Below the pieces are notes generated by a model. It saw nothing but the letters and a program-made list of their open reading frames with translations. It did not search any database and had not been told where the DNA came from. A stretch of DNA of 64,000 bases from Azolla caroliniana (taxonomy: Eukaryota; Plantae; Polypodiophyta), in NCBI GenBank assembly GCA_043228905.1, contig JBHGNT010000016.1, positions 1,426,001-1,490,000 of the forward strand, written 5' to 3'. The translations under genes and the position numbers were made by a program. Positions 37,301-48,570 of this stretch are shown here, piece by piece (positions within the stretch are counted from its first letter, which is position 1; every line of letters starts with the position of its first letter).

Positions 37301-40300
37301 GATGCCCTTTGAGGAGATGACGTAGCCTACAAATTCCACTTGCTTGCAGTCAAAGCTACATTTTTCTAGCTTGGCATAAAGACCATTCTCGCGGAGTCGC
37401 TTTAGTACTAATAGTACATGAGAATCGTGCTCTTGCTGGGTCTTCGAATAAATCAATAGATCATCCAGATAGATGATCAAACAGATATCCAAGAGGTCTC
37501 TGAATATATCATTTGCCATGTGTTGGAAGACTGCGGGTGCATTGGTTAGGCCGAACGACATAACAGTATACTCGAAATGCCCATACCGCGTGCGAAAGGC
37601 GGTCTTCCATTCATCTCCCGGTCGGATCCGCACGAGGTTATACGCTCCTCGTAGATCGATTTTGGTAAAAAACTTGGCACCATTAACTCGCTCTAAAAGA
37701 CTTGCTATAAGAGGAAGTGCATACCTATTCCGGATGGTGACCTTATTCAATCCGCGGTAATCAACGACGAGACAAAGTGAGCTATCTTTCTTCTTGACAA
37801 AGAAGATGGGTGCACCGGCCGGAGATTTCGAATGACGGATGAACCCGCTTGCCAAGTTCTCCTCTATGTAGGATCGAAGGACTTCTAACTCGGTGAGTGA
37901 CAAGTTGTAAATTGGTCCCCATGGTGGCTCGGTTCCTGGTTGTAAATCGATGGGACAGTCATAGGGACGGTGATGAGGAAGGGTATCGGCTTTTACCTTG
38001 TCAAATACATCGGCATAAGGATGATATTTTGCCGGAAGTTGTACTGAGGAGTCCTTAATAGTGCTGGAAGGATGTACTGATATTGCAAATAGGAACATTG
38101 CCTCCTTGTGTCCTTCTTCGCGTAATTGATGGAGTGAAATGGTCGAAACTCGGTGATTAGATTCTTGGGGTGGTCGATATCGGACTTCTCTTGTTCTCCA
38201 ATCTATGGCTGGATTATGTAATTCAAACCAAGGTAATCCTAGGACAATGGGATGCTATGGACTACTAATTATATTAAATGATACTACACACACAAAACTA
38301 CCTAGGACCACTTGAATGGGTTCTGATTCTTCTACAATATTCCCGGAAGCAATGGGACGACCATCAATGACTACTACAGATGCGGGACAAGGAAGTTTTC
38401 TTAAGGATATTTGAGAAGCTTGGGCAAAATTTCGATCCATGAAACAGGAATTAGCCCCGGAATCTAAAAGTGCTAGGACGGGTACTGGGGGAGTACTTTT
38501 AGTACTAACAATGACTTGGGCTAGGAACACATTGCTAACTTGCTTGGAAGGAATGGAACCACTAATGGGTTGTACAGATCTAGGGATGCTGTCCAACCAA
38601 ACGGCTCCTATTTTGGCTGGACTCAATCGTTTAACTCTTCATCTAATTGACTAAGGATTTCAAATTTGTTTGAGATACTTGGGCTATTAGTACTATGAAT
38701 ACTATCTGACACTCTATTAGTACTTTTAATACTATCAGACACTCCGATGGGAAGAATTGACTCGGGTTTAGTACAGGCAACAATTTGATTTACCCGTCTT
38801 CTTGGCCTATGGGGACAATTGATGGCGATATGCCCTGGTCCACCGCAATAAAGACATAATCGATTGGCACGTCGTCGTTGCTTTTCTTCTTCCGATAACG
38901 GGCCGCGTCGACGCATGGTGTCGATCTCCATCGGTGTCGGAATATTGGCGGTACATCACGTGCAAACGGTTTAGCCGTGACTGAGGCGTATGTGGGTTCC
39001 GACTGAGAGCGTGGTATTTGTAACTGACATTCCGAACGCCGTTAGAAAAGGCGGTTGTTGCATCGGACCGCTTGACTGATTGCCTCCGTAAGAGACTTTG
39101 GTTCTTCGGGGAAGGTTAAAAGCAAGTCTTTGACATCATTGCGCAAGCCGTAGCGAAACTGATCCATGAGGGCCTGATCATCCTAGGGGATATCTGAGGT
39201 GAGTAGACGGAAATCCGCCGCATAGGTAGAGGCTGGACGATCGCCTTGACGCAATCTTCGGATCTTGTTGATCGCCGTCCTGATGCTATCTGTATCTCCA
39301 AAGCAGGCTTTAAACTCACCAATAGAATCTTCAAAGTTATTAAGCAAGGGCGATTGTTTTTCTAGAAGCAGAGCGAACCATGCCAAGGTTGAGCCGCTAA
39401 GTAACGTGCCTATTAGGCCGACTCGAGATGCATCAGTGGGATATCGGGAAGGATGCATCTGGATGACTAAGCGTACCTGATGAAGGAATCCCCGGAATTG
39501 CGATCGCGTTCCATCAAATTTCACAAGAAGTCCAATCTTGGGCTCTTTATGAAATCCTTGGGGACTTGATCCTTGTTGTTGCAACGCTGCTTCGAGTTGT
39601 CGTACCCGTAACGCTAACTCCCCATGTTGTTGTTGCGTTTGTTGTTTTTCGAGAGCGATTTGTTGTAGATCCCCTATCAACCGTTGGTTTTCTTGTTTGA
39701 GGGCAACAAACTTTTCTTTTAGGCACTGTAGCTCGGAGAAAACGGATTGATATTCTTGGGCGCTAACAGTAGCCGTAGTATAGGGAAAAGGGTAGGAGGA
39801 TGAGGGAGAACGACAAGTAGGCTGGAGGAAAGGAAATTGATTCAAATTGTCAGGAATAGTACTAAAGCAGAGATGGAATTAGTACTAAGAAGAGTAGTAC
39901 TATTAGTACTAAGAGGACGGGACTGCGTAAGATTCCCGAGAGAGAAAGTTAGAAGAGGAGAGAGAGAGATAGCGAGGATGAGAGAGAGAGAAAGATGATG
40001 ACAACAGTTAATATATTATGTGAAAAGATAAGTACAAAGCGGCTAAGAGGCTTAAGACTGGCGTTGAACCAATTTGGTTCAACATAATGCCTAGTGCCTT
40101 CTTTTATAGTGTTGTCAAGAGTAATCCTGAAACTTCTAGAATGTTCTAGAGAAATCTAGAATATACATTATTTTCTTATAATAAAACATAAATGAAAATA
40201 ATATTCTATGAATTACAATAGATGGTGTGATGGTTAAAAGCTCGACCCATATACCATAAGGTCATGGGTTCGAGTCTTGCCATATCATGACACTCTCGGG

Positions 40301-41500
40301 CTTGTCGCGCCAAGCGGGGTCTTGCGCAGGGGACCAAGCAGAAGCAAACCCTAAACAGACACGAACTCTCTACCCACGCGACGACGAAGAAGAAGAAGGA
40401 GAAACTACCTAACCCTAAACCTAACGGTATACCCTCTAGCACAAAATGGGCAATCCCCCTATAAGGGACTATCCCTTCCCTTTATAGAAAAAGGAGAGGG
40501 ATACGTTACAATATGGGATAAATCCCGATTTACATGGGATTCTTTGTCCAAACTTGACTCCCACTCGGCGCCATAAAGGCACCCCTATTATTCACACGTT
40601 TATACAAGGGTGAGTGCACATGATGCACTCCGCCGATTCTCTCGATATTCTCTAATTCTGCCTAGGGACGGTTTTCTCCATGACATCCATCCCCACCTAA
40701 CCGCGCATCCACCGGTATGCGCCAAAATAGACCCTTGTTGGAGAAGACCGGCCCGCGCTTACCCTTCGTCCTCCGGACCCACCATGTGTTGTCTTCCACC
40801 CTTCTTGTCCGGCACCGTCTGTACCGAACACTATCCCGTTCCCGTGCTTGCTTTGGCTCTTGATGGCCACATGCACGTCTTTTGTTCCACTTCTGGGTGT
40901 GCCCCTTTCCACTCGGCACACCTATCTTTAGCCGGGTGTCCCCGACAGCACTGGAAGATCACCCTTGCCGCGTCTTGGCCCGCATAGCCTCCTCTCACGT
41001 AACGCCTTGTTTGGTCGGTGCCTTTGCTGTTGCCGCCTTTTTCCCCTTGCCGCCACCTTCATTACCCTCGGTCTCACATTGCCCCATCGGACGAATAGTT
41101 GGGGTCTCCGGACAGGTGTGAAGGATCCTTCTTGGGCCTCCGTCTTGTTGGATCACTGACTCGTGTACCAAGTGCATGCGATCTTTGTCTTGCCGACCCT
41201 GCCGGTCGGGCCTGTATCCGGTTCGTGGCCGCCTCGCCCGCCTCATACCTCCTTTCCGTTCTGTCTTCGTCGTCCGATCACATTCTCCTACCGCCACCGT
41301 GCTTTCCTATAGGACTCATGTCAGCTCTCGGGCCGACCGTTGGATCAGTGTGAGGATCTCTGTGGGACCTCCCCTTTTTGGCGTCTCGGTTGCCTGCCTT
41401 GCCGCCGCCACCATTCTTCTCTCTAGGTGTCACGCCGGCTCTCGTTGCCGGTTGCCAGAGTCTCGAGAACTGGTGTGTGTAAGGTCGTGGCAAGGTGAAA
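34313..41500 (-). mobile_element. LTR-like segment and GC-rich internal sequence of a related family (34313-34633 plus 40293-~41500), split by the chromovirus
   Basis: Minus-strand end ...CCCCCGTGGTCCCGCC...ATAACA resembles the LTR end at 33480-33531; minus-strand TATA near 40485; outer boundary uncertain. Confidence 0.45.
34634..40292 (-). mobile_element. Full-length Ty3/Gypsy chromovirus (Tcn1-like), decayed
   Basis: 445-bp LTRs 39848-40292 (5') and 34634-35078 (3'); TSD CTCTC; PPT AAGGGGGAGATAT; gag with [25 protein letters not shown], RNase H, IN, and chromodomain EYEVSAILDS...YLVDWLGY...TWEP (35090-35317). Confidence 0.95.
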
Positions 41501-41839
41501 GCATGAGAGTGGAAACAATTAGCTATGTCCTTGACATAGCTAATTAGCTATGCAAAAAGCTACCATTGATAAATAGTCATTTTAGTAAAAAGCCATCATT
41601 AATAAATTAACTATGCAGAAACTACCATTGAAAATACTAGAGTGTTTTAATTACATATGTAAATGAGTGCCATAAATGTGCAACATAAACGTGCAACATA
41701 AATTGATATGTGCACCATAAATTATATATCAAATTCCTAGGTCCATTATGCATGATCCTTTGCCACATCACGTAGGCCATCTCTAGTTGAGTATTGTGGG
41801 TTAGTTGCTACCACTGTTACTAACCCTATCGAGTCCACC

Positions 41840-42300
41840 TGCCGCCACTCTACACTCAGGGGCCGCTACTGTGTGTTCCAAGCATCATCAAAGAGCTGCT
41901 CAATCTGACGGGGTTCTCCTCTCTGTGACATTCTACACTCAGGGGCCGCTACTGTGCATTCCAAGCATCATCAAAGAGCTGTTCAATCTGACGGGGTTCT
42001 CTTCTCTGTGCCACTCTATACTCAGGGGCCGCTACTGTGCGTTCCAAGCATAATCGGTAACTGTTCAATCTGACGGGGTTCTCTTCTCTGTGCCACTCTA
42101 CACTCAGGGGCCGCCACTGTGCGTTCCAAGCATCATCAAAGAGCTGTTCAATCTGATGGGGTTCTCTTCTCTGTGCCACTCTACTCTCAGGTGCCTTCTC
42201 GGTGCGTTCCAAGCATCATCGGTAACTGTTCAATCTGAAGGGGTTCTCTCCTCCATTGCCATCATTCTACACTTAGTTGCCGCTACTGTCCAGTCCTGGA
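41840..42300. repeat. ~83-bp tandem repeat (about 5-6 copies) upstream of the Sola2-like transposase
   Basis: TACACTCAGGGGCCGCTACTGTG..TTCCAAGCATCATC unit starting at about 41851, 41934, 42017, 42099 and 42182. Confidence 0.85.
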
Positions 42301-42690
42301 TTGCTTCCACATTTCGATTTGACGGAGTTCACTCATCCAACGACAACATTCTACACTCAGTTGTCGTCATTGGTCGGTACTGGATCGCCTCCTCAATTGT
42401 TCGATCCAACGGAGTGAACTCCTCTACTATTCGGTCTTGGATTGCAATAACTTTTCTGTCTATTGATTATCTTGTGTATTGTTGTTGCCCATAGCCATCT
42501 TAAATACTTGTTTTTTTTTTCTGGAAATTTTGGGTTTTAATATGTCCAGCCAAATGGAAGGGGAAGAAGGGTGTTTAGAATTACCCCTCAATGATCATAA
42601 GGATAGGGATGATGCTATCAGGACACAACAAGCCATACGAAACTATTGGGTAGAAAAGAAAAGGAAACATCGTCAATTGTTGAAGGATAT

Positions 42691-45600
42691 TGTGGTGGTC
42701 ACATGGACCACACCTAGATTAGGCCCCTACCAAGCCCCATGCACCACACATAGACCACACCCAAATTAGGCCCCTACCAAGCCTCATGCACCACACCCAA
42801 ACTAGGCCCCCACCAAGCCCCATAATTAGTAGAGCTAATTGGAGCGGGAGAACACCCTCCACGCTAAGAGAGAGTCTATAAAATGTAACTTGAGACATAA
42901 TGAAAGGGAGGCTATTCTTGAGAGCATTTCACATCTTGAGCATTTCACATCTTAGTGGAGAAGACGGGCCAAGCCACCCCAACTCACGACCCCAACAACG
43001 CCCGCCACGATGCAACACGACAACAACGACGGCAACGCAAACTCGATGAATCCGGAATTCCTACAACACAATCAAGGACACCAGCCCACATCGCCAATCG
43101 ACCAACTGGTTCAAGCTCTGTCCAACATCATTTTACAAGTTAACCATACTAACCAAGCCATGTTGTCCTTTCTTTCAGCACGATCCGAGCCACAACAAAA
43201 TCTCCCGGACTCTCGAGTTCGCCCAAAACAGTTCTCCGGCCTACCATCGGAAGACGTCCTCTCTTGGCTGGATCATTTCCAAATGGTGGCCAGTTACCAC
43301 CAGTGGCCACACCCTCGGAAGGCAATGGAGATGAAGACACTCCTCGAGAATATCGCGGCAACATGGCTTGTACAACAACCCGAAGAGACACGCAACGACT
43401 GGGATCTGTTACGGGCGGCCATGATTCGGAATTTTGCTCATCAAGACTCCCGCCAGACGGCCCTACAACAACTTGAGTCAATTACCCAACAACCACGCGA
43501 ACCCATCACCCAGTTCGCGGTTCGTTTTGTGCAGATCCTACGCCGGGCTGACGCCAACATGTCGGAGGACATGAAGTTGTTTTTTTTCTGGCCGCGTATA
43601 CGACATGACCTCCGCTGCCGTGTACGCGATCAAGGCCCGACGACACTACATGAAGCCATCCTCACTGCCCAACGCATCGAAGCTGCAGACGCGCACGACA
43701 TGCACACACCAGGTAATCTCAGTCATGATCATACAAACACTATACCAGCCGTCACTCCCATGGACATCGACATCCAGAACGCGCAATTACGTGCCAAGCG
43801 TGCATTGCCCGAACGAGACAGCCAGGGACGCCCCAAATGTTTCTACTGCAACAACTATGGTCACATTCAGCGTCATTGCCGAAAGTGGCAGAATCACCAA
43901 CAGAAGCAGAACGTCCAATTAGCTGACGCTGCCTCCCTCTCTGAGCTCCCGGAAAACTAATGCGCGGGGTGCCGCAGGGAGAGCCGCCCCCGCACGTCCA
44001 CGTCTCCACGTCCTCAACTTCTCCCGTTTCTCCCACGATCGAGCCGCCCCCGCACGTCCACGCCTCCACTTCATCAACTTCGCCCGTTTGTACCACAATC
44101 GCCCGCCTCCAGCACACGACCTAAGAAGTTCTCCTCGACTCCGGCAACAGCATCTCTTCCATCAGCGCAGATTTAGTCACCCAATTACAACTTCCCACGA
44201 GCCACGCACCGCCCATTAAAATCCTCTTCGGCGACCAACAACGGGTGTACCACTCACATACGCAAGTCAGGTGCATGCTCACCATTAGTTCCGCCCAGAT
44301 CCACCATTGTTTCTACGTCCTCCCGCGCCAGTTGTTCCCAATCACCTTGGGATGTGATTGGTTCCTCCATAGTCGAGCCTGTCTCGATTTCTCCGCACAA
44401 CAGCTTATCCTCCCAAATCACATTCCGATCGCGCTCTTCACTACTCCGTGGGATACCACCCACATCAGCAACACACAGTACCTGATATCACCGGCGGAGC
44501 GCATCAACGACATCAGACGGCTCCTCGCCACCTTTCCCTCGTTGTCTACACCACCTGTAAAACCTCCCTCGGTCCGTTTTCCGATTCACCACACGATTCC
44601 TACAGGCAACGCCCGCCCCATCAACGCAGCTCCCCGACGTCGCTCGCCTCTCGACCACGAGCGCATCGACAACGCCGTCAAAACTATGCTCCAACAAGGG
44701 ATTATCACACCTTCCAAGAGCGAGTGGATCTCGAAGCCACACATGGTAAAGAAAGGGGATGGTTCTTACCGCTTTTGTGTCGACTTCTGACAACTGAACC
44801 ATGTCACTACCCATGACCGATACCCTCTCCCTCGTATCGATGACCTCCTCGACCAGCTTGGCAAATCAAAGTACTTCACCTCCCTCGATCTAGCCTCTGG
44901 ATATTGGCAGATCCCGATGAATCCTCACGATGCCCACAAAACTGCATTCCGCACTAGGAAAGGCATTTTTCAGTTCACACGGATGCCCTTTGGCCTATCT
45001 GATGCGGGGAGCACATTCCAGCGAATGGCTAATGCCATCTTCGATGATCTCATCACCCGCCGTGTCGTCATCGTCTATCTAGACGATATTCTGGTACATA
45101 CAAGCACTTGGGCAGAACACCTTCAAGTCCTTCGGGAGGTCCTAACTTGTGTTCAACGCTATCGATTGCAGCTGCAATGGAAGAAGTGCCGATGGGGTAG
45201 TACGTGCCTCCGCTTCCTTGGGTACGTCATCTCCTCCGACGGAATACAAATGGACCCGGAGAAGACAGAAGCAGTCCAAAAATTCCCACGCCCCACCACA
45301 GTCAAGCAGCTTCAACGCTTCCTCGGCCTCCTCACGTTCTCTCTTCGTTTCATCCCACGGCTAGCCGACCTGTCAGCCCCACTACGCGCGCTCCTACAAA
45401 AAGACGCACCCTTCCTGTGGACCGAAGCCTGCGAATCCAGCTTCTTGCAGCTCAAGAGAACACTCCAAGCCTCTGACCTCCTGGCCCACCCTGATTTCAC
45501 GAAGCCTTTCCATCTGCAGACGGATGCCTCCAATGTCGGCCTTGGTGCGGTCCTGCTCCAATCCGACGACAACGACCAACTCCGCCCGATTGCCTACATC

Positions 45601-47374
45601 AGTCGGTCACTTACCAAAGCCGAACAAAATTACTCGACAACTGAAAAAGAGTTCCTCGCCATCGTCTGGGCATTCCATCGTTTCCACCCATACCTTCACG
45701 GATCAAATACATCAGTCGAAACAGACCATCAGCCATTGCTCTCCCTCATAAAGAAGGCTCATCCACCCGGCCGCTTACTTCGTTGGGTTTTGGCGCTACA
45801 GGATTACACATTCACTCTGCGCTATCGCCATGGTCCACAAAACATCGTCGCCGATGGATTATCCCGCATATCCTTTCAGGCGAACCAGATCACCTCCAAC
45901 ACAATCGATTTCCCCATATCCTCGTCCCAAATGGCCAACATGCAACAACTCGACAAACAATTCCAAGATATCTGCCACCGCCTACGAGCTGAACCGACAT
46001 CATCCCTCACCAAGCAATTCATGATCCAGGATAATGTCCTACTTTTTTGTCAACTAGGCCACGAGTCTACGTGCCTGAGCAACTACGCCAGTCTTACCTC
46101 AAGTGGCTCAAGGCCTCTTACATCCGATACAAGTTCAAGCTCCATTTGAAATCGTCGGATGGGACATTATGGGCCCCTTTCCCGAGTCACAAGGAGGGAA
46201 CAAATTCATCCTCGTCATCACCGAGTACTTGACGCGTTGGGCTGAGACGGCCGCTATCCCAGATGCAAAGGCTATGACCATCGCCTCCAAACTATTGGAG
46301 AAAATCATCTTCCCCCACGGTTGCCCACTCCAAATCTTGTCCGATCGAGGACCCCAGTTCAACGGTGAGCTCCTACGCCTCGTTTCAACACAACTAGGAA
46401 TCCAACAATTATTCACGTCACCCTACCATCCGCAAACGAATGGGTTGACGGAGCGCCTCAATCGAACCTTAAAACAACAAATCTCAGCCTACATCGATCC
46501 GCTGCACTCAACCTGGGACCGAATCTTGCCCTTCGTTACGCATGCCTACAACACAACTGTGCAAGCCTCTACCCGCATTAGCCCATTTCGGGCCCTTTAC
46601 GGAAGGGACCCGCGCTTACCCCCAGAAGTGGCAGTCCCGCAACCAACCACACGACTCCACGCTGACGCAGTGTCTTGGTGGTCCCACCTACAACAACTCC
46701 AACCCCTCCTCCGCAAAGCCATCACGAGCAACCTGCACCAGGCACAACTACGCCAAAAACAACAACACGATATAGGCCGTGTCGACCATCAATACCACGT
46801 CGGTGACAAAGTCCTCGTCTACTTCCCCATCCGTCGTCGCGGTCTCAGCGAATCGCTCATGCACCGATGGATCGGTCCCTTCGAAGTTCAAAAGCAGATA
46901 CGCGACACTACATACCTGCTCCGCCGCGCCTCCAACAACCGCTCTACCTTTGCTCACCAGTCTCGCATGAAGCCCTTCCATCAACTACCACCGCCCCCGC
47001 CCACACTCATGCCTACGCCCACGCCCGTGTCATCCCCCCGTCTGGAACCGTCGTCCACACCTCGTCGCACTTCGACTGCACAGTAACTTTTTTTTTACAA
47101 GGGGGAATTGTGGTGGTCACATGGACCACACCTAGATTAGGCCCCTACCAAGCCCCATGCACCACACATAGACCACACCCAAATTAGGCCCCTACCAAGC
47201 CTCATGCACCACACCCAAACTAGGCCCCCACCAAGCCCCATAATTAGTAGAGCTAATTGGAGCGGGAGAACACCCTCCACGCTAAGAGAGAGTCTATAAA
47301 ATGTAACTTGAGACATAATGAAAGGGAGGCTATTTTTGAGAGCATTTCACATCTTGAGCATTTCACATTTCACA
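42691..47374 (+). mobile_element. Ty3/Gypsy non-chromovirus element with 259-bp LTRs and a 4-bp TSD
   Basis: LTRs 42691-42949 and 47109-47367 (plus an extra TTTCACA); TSD ATAT; PBS-like TAGTGGAGAAGACGGGC 42953-42969; PPT AAGGGGGAA; pol with LLDSG, YLDD, QTDAS and SDRG...YHPQTNGLTER, broken by stops and a deletion. Confidence 0.93.
43010..43960 (+). CDS. Gag polyprotein, 316 aa
   Basis: FSG.PSEDV..WL, PMDID and CFYCNNYGHIQRHC zinc knuckle. Confidence 0.9.
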   Translation: MQHDNNDGNANSMNPEFLQHNQGHQPTSPIDQLVQALSNIILQVNHTNQAMLSFLSARSEPQQNLPDSRVRPKQFSGLPSEDVLSWLDHFQMVASYHQWPHPRKAMEMKTLLENIAATWLVQQPEETRNDWDLLRAAMIRNFAHQDSRQTALQQLESITQQPREPITQFAVRFVQILRRADANMSEDMKLFFFWPRIRHDLRCRVRDQGPTTLHEAILTAQRIEAADAHDMHTPGNLSHDHTNTIPAVTPMDIDIQNAQLRAKRALPERDSQGRPKCFYCNNYGHIQRHCRKWQNHQQKQNVQLADAASLSELPEN

Positions 47375-48029
47375 ATATGAAAGCCACACTCAGTAAAGGT
47401 AAGGATAGTTTAGCTGAGAATGTAAGTAATGCGACTACCATCATAGAGAGAAAGGTTGTAGACTATTTCAATGTTCAAACCAAGCACATCAGCAATGAAG
47501 AAAAGAAGGTAGTACTTTATGGAATATGTAATGATCCGTCGATAAAGGACTTAGTTGATTGTGATGGTCTTAATGCAAACATATCATCTATTTTAGTAAA
47601 TAATCTTCGTAATAGTTTCGTATCCATGAGCAACTCATAAGATGATCTTGTCTTAAAAAGGTCTAGTCTAATGATGTTACTTAATAGTGATGTTGACGAT
47701 ATAAACATCAGTGAGCTATCTAAGGTAATTGGTGTTAGTAGAAAAACAGTGTACAATACAATGAACCGTATAATTTCCTCGGGTGAAGGAACTAGTCTAC
47801 TAAAGCTAACTACAAGATGTAAGCCAATGATACCCATAACATTTGAAATCAAGGATGTAATCACAATGTTTTGGACTAATGAGAGTAGGGTTTCACCTAA
47901 TAAAAAGGATTTATGCAGGAAACGTGTTGGAAGAAATCAATACGAGGAGCATCCCATTCATCTTCTTGATGTACCTCAGGTATTTACATTTATCTCAACA
48001 TTTGTTTTGACTCTACACGAAAAGTTAAT

Positions 48030-48570
48030 TAGCTCAGTTAGCAAAAACGCTAATTAGCTTATCAGTTACATTTACCTCAGTTAGCTACTAGGATAACTAC
48101 TACATAGGTAACTGGTTACTCTCAATAGCTACTACCATGATAGCTAATTAGCTATTCTGAATAGCTAATTTAGGTACTACCAGATAATTAACTACCAAAA
48201 TAACTAACTAGCTACCAGGACAACTAATTAGCTACTAGGATAGCTAATTTCGTTATTACCATGATAGCTAATTAGCTACTAGGACAACTAATTAGCCACC
48301 ATGATAGCTAATTAGCTACTAGACCAGCTAATTAGCTACCATGATAGCTAATTAGCTACTAGACCAGCTAATTAGCTACTAGACCAACTAATTAGCTACC
48401 ATGATAGCTAATTAGCTACTAGGACAACTAATTAGCTACCATGACAGCTAATTAGCTACTAGAATAGCTAATTAGCTACCATGACAGCTAATTAGCTACC
48501 ATGATAGCTAATTAGCTACTAGAATAGGTAATAAGCTACTAGGATAGTTAGCTAGTTACGAGAATAACTA
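48030..48570. repeat. Intronic minisatellite with palindromic core TAGCTAATTAGCTA (~20-bp period)
   Basis: More than 15 copies of ATGATAGCTAATTAGCTAC(C/T)-like units. Confidence 0.9.

Noticed and set aside
40560-40620. TGGCGCC (minus strand) as a PBS, with a second LTR boundary at ~40586
   Set aside because: Not adjacent to a clear CA terminus and no TSD found; boundary left unresolved
41840-42300. 83-bp periodic array as a CRISPR-like or coding repeat
   Set aside because: Whole units repeat without variable spacers; the overlapping ORFs are short and frame-inconsistent
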